Shown here in pieces: positions 1-10,706 of a stretch of 64,000 nucleotides of DNA. Under the pieces are notes generated by a model. It searched no databases, had not been told where the DNA came from, and saw only the letters and a program-made list of their open reading frames with translations. The stretch comes from Thermoanaerobaculia bacterium (GTDB taxonomy: Bacteria; Acidobacteriota; Thermoanaerobaculia; UBA5066): contig CAWFJJ010000001.1 of NCBI GenBank assembly GCA_963816185.1, positions 32,001 through 96,000 on the forward strand, written 5' to 3'. The translations under genes and the position numbers were made by a program. Each line of letters starts with the position of its first letter. The first letter of the stretch is position 1.

Positions 1-186
1 AACGTCGTCCTCGCGGGCGGCGGCTCGCAGATTCCCGGGCTCGCCGCCGCGCTCGAGAAGTCGCTTGCCGAGCTGGGCGGAGGCCGCGTACGCGCCGTCG
101 AGGACCCCGTCTTCGCGGGGTCGAACGGCGGTCTCGCCATCGCGTTGGATGCGCCGGAAGGCGACTGGGAGCCGCTCTCGGCATGA
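1..186 (+). CDS. MamK-like actin-family ATPase, 3' end (partial)
   Basis: Frame 1 reads NVVLAGGGSQIPGLAAALEKSLAELGGGRVRAVEDPVFAGSNGGLAIALDAPEGDWEPLSA*. It has the actin adenosine motif (AGGGS.I.GL) and a DPxFxGxxGxL...P...W tail that resembles MamK rather than MreB. The stop overlaps the next ATG (ATGA). Confidence 0.7.
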   Translation, partial: NVVLAGGGSQIPGLAAALEKSLAELGGGRVRAVEDPVFAGSNGGLAIALDAPEGDWEPLSA

Positions 187-1794
187 GCCCGATCGACAGC
201 GGCTTCCCGCGCGATTCCGGAGTGAAGAGGAGGATGCTCCCGTCGGTGACCGACGTCGTGCGCGAGCTCGCGAAGGTCATCTCCGCGGATCCCGCGGTGC
301 TCTTCAAGGGCGCGCGGAGCGTCGTCGCCGAAGAGCTCGCGAAGGTGAAGCAGGGTTTCGAGGCGGCCCCGCTCGACGTCCTCGTCAAAAGGGCGCGCCT
401 GCAGCTCGAGCGGGACGGCGAGGCGACGCCCGTTTCCGATCCCGCGCCTCCGCGCATGCCCGTCTTCCCGGCGCGGCAAGGGCCCCCGCGCGAGACGCCG
501 GGACCCTCTTCGGCCCACGCGGGCGGTGCCCCCGTGAAATCGCCGGCCTCGGACGATCCCTTTCAGGACGTCGCGTCCCGAGCAGAGCTGAACTGGGAAA
601 AGGAGATCCCGATCCAGGCCGAGGATGCGCCCTTTCGGTCCGCCATCATTCCCATCCCGTACAAGGCGCGCGCGCCGCTCGAGATCTCCCAGCCGATCGA
701 AGCGCCGCCGAAGGCCGCCCCGGAGCCGAAGCCGCCGCCCGTGCCGAAGCCGCAGCCGGAGCTGGAGCTGGATTTCGCAAGGCCCCGGTCCGCACCGGCC
801 GCGCCCGAGCCGCCCGCACAGACCCTCAGGCCCGTGCCCCCGAAACCCGCGGCGGCGATGTCCGAGCCGCCGGCGCCCAAGGCAAAGCCCGTGTCTCCTG
901 AGCCGGAGCCCGAAAAGCCGTTGCCGCGCCCTGCGGTCGCGTTCGCGCCCGCCATCCCGCTCGTGAATCCGCGCGAACCCGAGGTCGTGGAGCCGATCTC
1001 CCCGCCCGCGGTGGTCCCTCTGCCGCCCGGCCCCGAGCGGTTCCTGAGGGCGCCGACATCGCCGGTGCGACACGAGCCCGCGGTGAGGTCCATGCCGGAG
1101 ATTCCTCCATCCGAAGAGACTCTCGAGGACCGCGACAACACCCAGCCGGCCATGGAGGAGTTCAGGTTCAAGGCGGCGGAGCGCCCGGCCCCTGCTCCGG
1201 CGCCCGCTCGCTCGAGCCGCACGGGCTGGATCGCGGCGATCTTGGGAGTCCTTGCGATCGGAGCAGGCCTTACCTGGGCCGTGCGCGAGGGCGTCTTCAA
1301 GAGCGGGATCCTGAGGAGCGCCCCACCCGCCGCGCAGCAGGAGTCCGACGCGACGCCTCCCGCGAGCGCCGTGCCCGCGCCGGTGCCCACGGCTGCCCTG
1401 GTACCTGAAGAGAAGCCGGCGGCTCCGCCGCCGAAGGCCCTTGCCGCGCCGGCGAAGACAGCCGGCCGCCGGTCCTCCCTCGGGTGCCGCGGTCCCGAAG
1501 GGCCGCGCGGCGGTGCTCCTGACTCCCGACTGGGCGGGGAAGCCCATCGTCTACGTCATCCACTTCTCGTCGACGAAGGATCGCGAGGGCGCGGAGAAAG
1601 AGGCGCGGAAGCTCGGCGCCGCGCTCGGCGCTCCCGCACACGCCGTCGAGGTGGATCTCGGCGAAAAGGGGATCTGGTACCGCGTCGTGATCGGCGAGTT
1701 CAAAGACGTGGACTCCGCGCGCGCGTTCCGCGCCGAGCTCGAGGCGAAGAAGACGCCCGGCATGGGCTTCGTCTACGAGATGCGGGGGCGCTGA
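183..1794 (+). CDS. Pro-rich bitopic membrane protein with C-terminal SPOR domain (frameshift near 1465-1480)
   Basis: ORF 183 has a helical N-terminus, a long Pro/Glu-rich linker and a TM segment (WIAAILGVLAIGAGLTWAV). It continues in the frame of ORF 1441..1794, which has a SPOR signature (YVIHFSS...A...A.KL...GIWYRVVIGEF...A..F). Confidence 0.7.
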
Positions 1795-1888
1795 CGGCGG
1801 CGAAAAGCGCGTCGGCCACCAGCGATCGCGCGGGCAATGCGTTGCGATATCGCATCTTGCTTGCATTGATGCTCCTCGCGGTACGGAG

Positions 1889-3019
1889 ATGGTGACCGCG
1901 ATGGCGGTGATTTTTGTCGCGGTGTTGGGCTCGTGGAGCGTTTGGCAGCATCGGCGGACCGGCCCGTGGGTGCTCGTTTCGCAGAAGGGGCCGCTCGTCC
2001 TCCAGTTCGGCAACAATCCCAATGCGAACGGTACGTACAACGCAACACTGAAGCCGGTCGTCTCACCGGCTGGCTGGGAATTCATCCAGGCGCGCCCTTG
2101 GATGGCGGCAAAGCTCGCCGTGAGGAAATTCGCGTACTTCTTCGGCTTCCTGAAGGACGGGTGGAACGTGCCACGTGCGTCGGCGCTGCTCATCGCACGA
2201 TTGACGTTTGGCGCGGTCTCGCTCGTCGTGTGCGAGGCGCTCATGCGAAGCACGGCATCGGTGTTTGCGCTGGCGGGCGCCGTCGTGATCCTCGCGACTC
2301 GTCGACTGCGCAGCGAGCTTTGGGTTCTCCCCGCCGTGATCGGCGCGACACTGGGTCTGCACGTCGTGTCGATCTCCTCGCACCGATTCGCGATCCCCGT
2401 GCTTCCGGTGCTTTTTCTCCTCGCGGGGATCGCCGTTGCGACCGGTGCGCATTGGTTATTGCGGCGCGTTCCCGCCCTGATGCTTTGGGCCGGGCTGTTC
2501 GTGTTCACCGCGTGGGCGGGGGTGGCTGCAGCCTGTCATCCAAACGTGCACGCGCGCGTTGAGGGCGAGGACCTCGATGGAAACCTCGCAGACGACGTCG
2601 TCGACGAACGGGCGAGCAATGGGCACGCTCGTTACGCGGACATGGGCCGAGGCCAGCGCGGGATGGCCATCGTGACGGACGAATTCCTGCCGAAAGGGAG
2701 GTTTCGGCTGACGCTCGATTTGCGTGCCGACCGGGCAGGTGAGGTGGCAGAAGTAACGATGCCAATGGAGGGAGGGAGAGACGCATGCAGGGAGATGTTG
2801 CGTTCATCTGGCCGAGCTCGTTACGAACGGGTCATCGTGGACGGCATGCTGCCTGCGGACACGTCGGTGAAGGTGATCGTCACCAGCAATGGTGTCGCCG
2901 ATGTTTGGCTCGACGGGCTTTACATCGAAGCGGGCCTACGGGACAGAATGAAAGGCGACCTCTTCGGCAATGTGCACGTCGAGGAGCTCGTCTTCGTGAG
3001 CCGCGGCACCGCGCCTTGA
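1889..3019 (+). CDS. Membrane glycosyltransferase-like protein (ArnT/GT-C type), probably N-terminally truncated
   Basis: Motifs GxxLQFGNNPNANG and HRFAIPVLP, several TM helices and a C-terminal beta-rich carbohydrate-binding-like region. It lacks the long N-terminal TM part expected for the family and is visibly more AT-rich than its flanks. Confidence 0.45.
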   Translation: MVTAMAVIFVAVLGSWSVWQHRRTGPWVLVSQKGPLVLQFGNNPNANGTYNATLKPVVSPAGWEFIQARPWMAAKLAVRKFAYFFGFLKDGWNVPRASALLIARLTFGAVSLVVCEALMRSTASVFALAGAVVILATRRLRSELWVLPAVIGATLGLHVVSISSHRFAIPVLPVLFLLAGIAVATGAHWLLRRVPALMLWAGLFVFTAWAGVAAACHPNVHARVEGEDLDGNLADDVVDERASNGHARYADMGRGQRGMAIVTDEFLPKGRFRLTLDLRADRAGEVAEVTMPMEGGRDACREMLRSSGRARYERVIVDGMLPADTSVKVIVTSNGVADVWLDGLYIEAGLRDRMKGDLFGNVHVEELVFVSRGTAP

Positions 3020-3080
3020 CTGCCGTGGCCGTCGACGGAGGCGACTTGACATCTGATGCGTGATGCGTGATGCTGTTCGC

Positions 3081-3308
3081 ATGAGGACGACACTCGAGAT
3101 CGACGACGACGTCTTGCAGGCGGCGAAGGAGATCGCGGCCAACCGCTCGACCACGGCCGGTCGAGTCCTCTCGGAGCTGGCGCGAAAAGCGCTAGAGCCT
3201 GGAAGATCGCCGCGCGTGCGCAACGGTGTTCCGCTGATTCCTCGCCGGCCGAAGGGGAGCGTTCGCCCGACGATGGCTCTCGTCAACCGGCTCCGGGACG
3301 AGGCGTGA
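3081..3308 (+). CDS. vapB: VapB-type antitoxin (ribbon-helix-helix)
   Basis: MRTTLEIDDDVLQAAKEIA...RNGVPL; GTGA overlap with the PIN toxin. Confidence 0.85.
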   Translation: MRTTLEIDDDVLQAAKEIAANRSTTAGRVLSELARKALEPGRSPRVRNGVPLIPRRPKGSVRPTMALVNRLRDEA

Positions 3309-3748
3309 CGCGCGTCGCCCTCCTCGACGTCAACGTCCTCGTCGCGCTGTTCGATCCTGATCACGTGCACCACGAAGCCGCGCACCGGTGGTTCGGCGGC
3401 AACCGTCAGGCGGGCTGGGCCACGTGTCCGATCACCGAGAACGGGCTCGTGCGGATTCTTTCGAACCCCGCATACATGGCCAGCCCCGAGACGCGGGGAG
3501 CGATCATCCGTCGCCTCGGCGAGTTCTGCGCGAGCGGTGGTCACGTCTTCTGGCCGGACGAGATCTCGCTTCGGGACCCCGGTCTTTTCAGGTGGACCGC
3601 GCCCGTAGCTCATCAGAAGCTGACAGACGTCTACCTGCTGGGTCTTGCCAGGAGCAAGACTGGGAGACTCGCCACATTCGACCGGGGCATCCCTGCCGCG
3701 GCCGTGGTCGGAGCCGAGCGGGGAACGCTCGAAGTGATCCCGGCCTGA
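3305..3748 (+). CDS. vapC: VapC PIN-domain ribonuclease toxin
   Basis: LLDVNVLVAL...TCPITENG...TDVYLL...LATFD, with the PIN acidic residues present. Confidence 0.9.
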   Translation: MTRVALLDVNVLVALFDPDHVHHEAAHRWFGGNRQAGWATCPITENGLVRILSNPAYMASPETRGAIIRRLGEFCASGGHVFWPDEISLRDPGLFRWTAPVAHQKLTDVYLLGLARSKTGRLATFDRGIPAAAVVGAERGTLEVIPA

Positions 3749-3813
3749 CACGCGGCGATCGACTCGATCTTCCTGATCGGCCGAAAGACCCGTCGCCTCT
3801 CTTGGTAGCGGCG

Positions 3814-3839
3814 AAAAAAGGGCCGCGCGAACGCGGCCC
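3814..3839 (-). terminator. Rho-independent terminator of korAB
   Basis: GGGCCGCG-CGAA-CGCGGCCC hairpin preceded by A6 on the + strand (U-tract on the - strand), just downstream of the korB stop. Confidence 0.75.
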
Positions 3840-3862
3840 GAGGCACCCGTGGACGAGAGCCG

Positions 3863-4741
3863 TCAGAACGACGGCTGGAAAGTCTTGATGACGTCCGCGA
3901 CGGTCGGCGCCGGTTTGCCGGCGAGCGCGGCGACCTTGACGGCGGCGAGGCGGTCGAGGAGGGTGGGCGCCGAAACTTCGTAGAGAAGGCCCGTCGTCAT
4001 GATCTCCGTCTCGCGCGTGTACGCGAGCGCCGCCGCGCGCGACGAGGCGTCGTGGTTCTCGGGGAGCTGCCTCTGCTTCGCCTTGAGGGTCTTGAACAGG
4101 TCGTCGCCGCGCCACGTGACGCAGGGAGACATGACGTTCAGGAACGCGAAGCCCCTGTGCGAAAGGGCTTTCACCATGAGCTCGACGGTACCCTTGACGT
4201 CGCCCGAGAAGGTGCGCCCGACCCACGTCGCCCCGAACGAAATCGCGAGCTCGCAGGGGTCGACCGCGGGCTCGGGGTTGCCGTAGTGCGTGGATTTCGT
4301 CTTGTCGCCGGCGGGGGTCGTGGGCGCGGCCTGCCCCTTCGTGAGGCCGTAGATCTCGTTGTCCATGAGGATGTAGGTGACGTCCAGGTTTCGCCTTGCG
4401 GCGTGCATGAAGTGGTTGCCGCCGATCGCGATGCCGTCGCCGTCTCCGCCCACCGCAATGACCCTGAGGTCCGGCCGCGCGACCTTGACTCCCGCGGCGA
4501 GCGGGATGGCGCGGCCGTGGAGGCTGTTCACGCCGAACGTGGCGACGTAGCCGGGAAGGCGCGACGAGCAGCCGATGCCCGACACGACGACGGTCTCCCA
4601 GGGCTTCACCTGCAGCTCGGTGAGCGCGCGGTAGAGGCCGGTCAGGACGCCGAAGTCGCCGCAGCCTGCGCACCAGACGGGCTTCAGCTCGGTCTTGTAG
4701 TCGGCGGGCTTGAACTCGGGGAGCGTGGCGGTTTCGCTCAT
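3863..4741 (-). CDS. korB: 2-oxoacid:ferredoxin oxidoreductase beta subunit
   Basis: WCAGCGDFG, SGIGCSS, HGRA, the TPP-binding GGDGD motif and DNEIYGLTKGQ; start MSETATLP overlaps the alpha-subunit stop. Confidence 0.92.
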   Translation of the reverse strand: MSETATLPEFKPADYKTELKPVWCAGCGDFGVLTGLYRALTELQVKPWETVVVSGIGCSSRLPGYVATFGVNSLHGRAIPLAAGVKVARPDLRVIAVGGDGDGIAIGGNHFMHAARRNLDVTYILMDNEIYGLTKGQAAPTTPAGDKTKSTHYGNPEPAVDPCELAISFGATWVGRTFSGDVKGTVELMVKALSHRGFAFLNVMSPCVTWRGDDLFKTLKAKQRQLPENHDASSRAAALAYTRETEIMTTGLLYEVSAPTLLDRLAAVKVAALAGKPAPTVADVIKTFQPSF

Positions 4742-6510
4742 GCGGGCACCTTTTCCGAGACGTGTTCGGCCGCGAGGAGCGCGACGATCTCCGCATCCAC
4801 TTCGGCGACGGTCAGGTGCTTGCCGCCCGACCTCTTGAAGACGTGCGTGCGCTCGGCGGGCAGGTCGATGACCGTGCGGAGGTATTTGTAGAACTGCGCT
4901 GCGTACGAGAGCTCGACGACGAGGATGTTCTTGACGCCTTTCAGGAAAGCTTCGAGCTCCTTCTTCGGGAACGGATAGATCATCTGAGGCACGAAGGCGG
5001 CGACCTTCTGGCCACGCGCGTTCGCGCGCCGCACGGCCTCGCGCACGACCCCTTTCGAAGAGCCCCAGCACAGGATGCCGATGTCCGCGTTCTCCGGGCC
5101 GTAACGCCGGTGGAAAGTGTGGGCGTTCCGGATGGGGAGGAGCTTGCGGTAGCGCTTCTCGTTCATCTTCTCGTGAAGGAGAAACCCGGAGCCGGGGCTG
5201 CCCTCTTCGTCGTGCTCGAGGCCGTTCGTCTGGTAGATCCCGCCCTTGATGCCCGGGCGCGCGATGGGCGAGACGCCGTCTGCGGTCTCCCGGTAGCGGT
5301 GGTAGCCGGTCAGCTCCTCGGGGGACGGAAGGCGCCGCTCGCGCACGGCGTGGACGAGGGACGCCGGGTCGAAGGTCTCCCGCCGCTGCCCGACGAGCTG
5401 GTCGGAGAGCACGATGACGGGGATCTGATACTCCTCGGAGATGTTGAAGGCTTCGACGGTCGTGTGGAAGCAGTCTTCCACGTCCGAAGGGGCCAGTACG
5501 ACGCGCGGCGCGTCGCCGTGGCCGGCGAAGACCGCCTGGAAGAGATCCGACTGCTCGCTCTTCGTGGGAAGGCCGGTGGACGGGCCCCCGCGCTGAACGT
5601 TCACGATGACACAGGGGAGCTCGGCCATCGACGCGAGGCCGAGCATCTCGGTCATGAGCGAGAGCCCGGGGCCGGAGGTGGCCGTCATCGCCTTCTGCCC
5701 CGCGAAAGACGCGCCGAGGACGGCGCCGATCGCGGAGAGCTCGTCCTCCGTCTGTGAGAGCGAGCCGCCCATCTTCGGAAGCCACTCGTCGAGGAACATG
5801 AGGATTTCGGTGGAGGGGGTGATGGGGTAGCCCGCGAAGTAGCGACAGCCCGCGTGGAGGGCCCCGATCGCGGTCGCTTCGTTACCCGACATGATGACCT
5901 TGACAGGGCCCGGCGTGAAGTGGAGCTGGCGCTCCGGCATCGGCGGGAGCGTCTGGCCGAGGAGATAGCCGGCTTCGAACGCTTTCAGGGCGCCTTCGCC
6001 GACGGCCGCTTTCTTCCGCCCGAAGCGGGAGACGACCGCGCGGCGAAGCGTGGCCGCGGGCAGGCCGAAGAGGGCCGTGAGGACACCGAGTCCGACGAGA
6101 TTCTTCGATCCCTTCGCGCCGGAATCCGTGGACAGCTTTCCGAAAGGCAGCTTGATCCAGACCGCGTCCGCGCCGAGGCCGAGGTCCTCGGGAGTGCGGG
6201 CGACGGGATCGGCCTCGTCCGACAGGACGACGGCGTTCTTCACGGGCGTGCACTCGCCTTTGAAACGGCCGAAGTCGGCCCAGCTGAAGACCACGAGAAC
6301 GTCCGCGCCGTCGCCGGATTCGTAGATCGGATCCCCACTGAGGCGGACGACGCAGGAGGATTCGCCGCCTCGGATCTGCGGGCCGTAGGCCTCGGTCTTG
6401 AGAACGTTGAGCCCTTCGCGCGCGGCGGCCTGGGCCAGGACGTCGCCCATCGTGACGATTCCGTCGCCCCCGGCGCCGACCATGGCGATGGTGAGATCTC
6501 GTTTCGGCAT
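4738..6510 (-). CDS. korA: 2-oxoacid:ferredoxin oxidoreductase alpha subunit (gamma-alpha fusion)
   Basis: GAGGDGI, QIRGGES, YPITP, TATSGPG and QRGGPSTGLPT. Confidence 0.92.
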   Translation of the reverse strand: MPKRDLTIAMVGAGGDGIVTMGDVLAQAAAREGLNVLKTEAYGPQIRGGESSCVVRLSGDPIYESGDGADVLVVFSWADFGRFKGECTPVKNAVVLSDEADPVARTPEDLGLGADAVWIKLPFGKLSTDSGAKGSKNLVGLGVLTALFGLPAATLRRAVVSRFGRKKAAVGEGALKAFEAGYLLGQTLPPMPERQLHFTPGPVKVIMSGNEATAIGALHAGCRYFAGYPITPSTEILMFLDEWLPKMGGSLSQTEDELSAIGAVLGASFAGQKAMTATSGPGLSLMTEMLGLASMAELPCVIVNVQRGGPSTGLPTKSEQSDLFQAVFAGHGDAPRVVLAPSDVEDCFHTTVEAFNISEEYQIPVIVLSDQLVGQRRETFDPASLVHAVRERRLPSPEELTGYHRYRETADGVSPIARPGIKGGIYQTNGLEHDEEGSPGSGFLLHEKMNEKRYRKLLPIRNAHTFHRRYGPENADIGILCWGSSKGVVREAVRRANARGQKVAAFVPQMIYPFPKKELEAFLKGVKNILVVELSYAAQFYKYLRTVIDLPAERTHVFKRSGGKHLTVAEVDAEIVALLAAEHVSEKVPA

Positions 6511-6637
6511 CGTTTGGCCTCGCCTTCTCCGAACGGATCGCAGACTCGCCGGAGGGTCCCTTCGGGTGCTCGCACAGAGTGCGTGCGGACGGGGGCCACC
6601 TCAATGGTGCAAACGGATCACCCGTCGCGACTGCGTC

Positions 6638-7417
6638 TCAGGCTGAAATCAGCCGGGCGAGGGAATACGCCGCTCCCGAGGCGAGAGCGCCTACGAGGAC
6701 GGTCCGGACGGCTTCCGCCGCGGGCGGCCGTCCGGTCAGGCGGCCTTTCACGCCGCCGAAGACCGCGAGCGCGGCCAGCGTGACGCCCACCGACACCGCG
6801 AGCGCGGATGTGACGGGGATCGCGAGGAGATAGGGGGCGAGCGGGATCGCTCCGCCTGCGACGTACGAGCCTCCGATCGTGAGCGCGGAGATGCGTGCGC
6901 GCTTCGGATCGGGCTCCATGAGGTTCAGCTCCTCGCGCATCATGAAATCCACCCAGCGCGTGTGATCCGCGCAGACGGCGTGGGTAGCCTTCTCCAGCGT
7001 GTCGCCTTCGAGGCCCCATCCCCGGAAGACCTTGCGGACCTCCTCTTCCTCCTCGCTCGGAACCTCGGCGACCTCCTCGCGCTCTCGCTTCCGCTCGCTG
7101 GTCCAGGTGTCCGCTTCGCTCCGGGCGGCCAGATAGCCGCCGAGGCCCATCGCGATCGCGCCGGCGGCCAGCTCGGCGACACCCGCGATCAGGATGACGC
7201 GTGCGTTCGCGACGGCGCCGGAGAGCCCCGCGGCGAGCGCGAAGGGAACCGTGAGGCCGTCGGACATTCCGAGGACGACGTCGCGCACGATCTCGGACCC
7301 CGAGAAGTGCGCCTCCACGTGGTGGTGGCGGGGGCGTGGGCGCGACGTGCCCTTCGCGTGTGGCGGCGCGGCGGGCGTGTGCGGGCGGGGTCTCTTCTCC
7401 GGCTTCTCCGCCGTCAC
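6638..7417 (-). CDS. VIT1/CCC1 family iron/manganese transporter
   Basis: RDVVLGMSDGLTVPFALAAG, AGAIAMGLGGYLA, ExxRExxE and MMREEL; His-rich N-terminus; GTG start overlaps the SDR stop. Confidence 0.88.
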   Translation of the reverse strand: MTAEKPEKRPRPHTPAAPPHAKGTSRPRPRHHHVEAHFSGSEIVRDVVLGMSDGLTVPFALAAGLSGAVANARVILIAGVAELAAGAIAMGLGGYLAARSEADTWTSERKREREEVAEVPSEEEEEVRKVFRGWGLEGDTLEKATHAVCADHTRWVDFMMREELNLMEPDPKRARISALTIGGSYVAGGAIPLAPYLLAIPVTSALAVSVGVTLAALAVFGGVKGRLTGRPPAAEAVRTVLVGALASGAAYSLARLISA

Positions 7418-8124
7418 GGGTTCGTCTGCCAGATCTCGAGGCTCTTCGTGAGGGCGCGATCGTTCGTCGCGACGAGAGCGACGACGGCCTTCGCCACGTC
7501 TTCCGGCTGGATCGCGCGTGTGGGCTCGAAGGGGAGTCCGGACTTCTTCACGAGATCGGTGCCCACGGTCGACGGAAAGACGCACGTGACGCGCACGTCC
7601 GAGGTCCGCGCCTCGTACAGGAGGACCTCGGAAAGCCCGGCGAGGCCGAACTTCGACGCGCAATACGCGCCGCCGCCCGGAAACCCGCGGCGGCCCGCGG
7701 TCGAAGCGATGTTCACGATGTGCCCGCGCTTTCTCGACTTCATCCCGGGCAGGACGGAGCGCGACATGAGGAACGGCCCGCGCAGGTTGACGGCGAGGAC
7801 GCGGTCGAAGACCGCCGCGTCCATCTTCTCGACGGGGGCGGCCGCGTAGATCCCGGCGTTGTTCACGAGGACGTCCACGGGCCCGAGCTGCTGCTCGACG
7901 GCCGACACGGCTCGCGAGACGGCTCCTTCGTCCGAGACGTCCGCCGTGACGACGAACGTCGTGGCGCGCGAGTCCTTCAGCTCCTTCTGGACCTCGAGGA
8001 GGTTCTTCTTCGTCTTCCCGAGAAGCGCGACCTTCGCTCCGGCTCCCGCGAAGGCATGCGCCAGCGCGCGGCCGATGCCGCGTCCGGCGCCCGTGACGAG
8101 AACGACCCGGCCCTCGAGCTCCAT
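7414..8124 (-). CDS. SDR family oxidoreductase
   Basis: TGAGRGIG, NNAG and the YxxxK motif (YCASK). Confidence 0.9.
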   Translation of the reverse strand: MELEGRVVLVTGAGRGIGRALAHAFAGAGAKVALLGKTKKNLLEVQKELKDSRATTFVVTADVSDEGAVSRAVSAVEQQLGPVDVLVNNAGIYAAAPVEKMDAAVFDRVLAVNLRGPFLMSRSVLPGMKSRKRGHIVNIASTAGRRGFPGGGAYCASKFGLAGLSEVLLYEARTSDVRVTCVFPSTVGTDLVKKSGLPFEPTRAIQPEDVAKAVVALVATNDRALTKSLEIWQTNP

Positions 8125-8191
8125 CTTTGCGTCTCCGGACGGGATTCTAGAGCCGCTCGCGGGTCCGGGTGGTACCTTGGAGGCCGCCCCG

Positions 8192-9273
<1,082 letters not shown>

Positions 9274-9274
<1 letters not shown>

Positions 9275-10665
9275 TGGAGCTCCGGCGGGTCCTCGGCTTT
9301 CGGGACCTCGTCTTTTTCTACACGCTGACGTGCTTCAGCCTCCGGTGGATCGCGACGGCCGCCGAAGCCGGGCCGTCCTCGCTCGTCGTGTGGGTCCTCG
9401 CCGCCCTCGGGCTCTTCGTCCCGCTCGTGGCGTCGGTCCTCGAGCTCTCCTCGCGCCATCCGGAAGAGGGCGGGCTCTACGTGTGGACGCGCCGAGCCTT
9501 CGGAGACTTCCCGGGCTTCATCGCGGGATTCCTCTACTGGGCGAGCAACCTGCCGTTCTTCCCGGCTCTCCTTTACTTCACGGCCGCAAACGCGCTCTTC
9601 CTCGGAGGCGCGAAGGGCGCCGCGCTCCAGGAAAGCCGCGGCTTCTTCCTGGCGTTCTCCCTTCTCGGGGTGATCCTCGCGACCGCCGTGAACGTGCGCG
9701 GCCTGAAGTACGGCACGTGGCTGCACAACGCCGCCGCCGTCGCCACGTGGATTCCGGCGATCCTCCTCGTCGTCTGCGGCGCCGTGTCGTTCGCGCGCTT
9801 CGGCCCGGCGACGTCCTTCGCGGCGTCGCAGCTCATTCCCTCGATGGGACTCAAGAACGCCCTCTTCTTCTCCACGATCGCGTTCGCGTTCGGGGGAATC
9901 GAAACGGCCTCGTTCCTCGGCGACGAGATCCGGGATCCGCGGCGAAATCTGCCGCGCGCGCTTCTCGTGGTCGGCGCGCTCATCACGGCGACTTATCTCG
10001 CGGCGACGGCGAGCCTTCTCGTGGCCCTGCCCGCGAGCGAGGCGAGCGGCCTGACGGGCATCACGAAGGCGATCGCCGCGGCCTCGGCGAAAGCGGGGCT
10101 GCCCGCGATGGGGTCTCTGGCCGCCCTTCTCATCACGCTCTCGGGAGTCGGCGTGACGGGCGCCTGGCTGGCGACGTCGTCTCGCCTGCCGTTCGTCGGC
10201 GGTCTCGACCGCTTCCTGCCGCCCGTGTTCGGGAAGATCCATCCGAAGTGGGGCACGCCGGCCGTCGCCATCCTCGTCCAGTCGGCGCTTTCGGCGGTCT
10301 TCGTGCTCCTCAGCCAGGCGGGGACGGGCGTGAAGGGCGCCTACGACGCCCTCGTCGCCATGAGCGTGATCGCGTACTTCGTGCCGTTCCTCTTTCTCTT
10401 CGCGTCCACGATCCGGCTCTCGAAGGCGCCGCTTCCCGAGGGTGCGATCCGCATCCCGGGAGGCCGGCCCGTCTCCGTCGCCCTCGCAGTCCTCGGCTTT
10501 CTCACGACGGCCGTCTCCCTCCTCCTCGCCTTCGTGCCGCCCGGCGACGAGCCGGACAAGGTCTTCGCGGCGGCGAAGATCGTCCTCCTGACGCTCCTTC
10601 TCGTTGCGGGGGGCGCGGCGCTCTACGCCTCCTCGGCCCGGCGGCGGAGGATGCTTCGCGCGTAG
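9274..10665 (+). CDS. APC family amino acid/amine permease
   Basis: ELSSRHPEEGGLYVW and FAFGGIE, about 12 TM helices; TGATG-coupled to the oxygenase. Confidence 0.88.
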
Positions 10666-10706
10666 ACGCCGACGCACCTCAGGCCGCCTGCTACTCTTCT
10701 GCGCCC

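Noticed and set aside
1-7417. Magnetosome island (MamK-like actin plus nearby VIT1 iron transporter)
   Set aside because: No mamA/B/E/M/O/P/Q-like genes are recognisable, and VIT1 is in an unrelated SDR operon. The upstream sequence is not visible.
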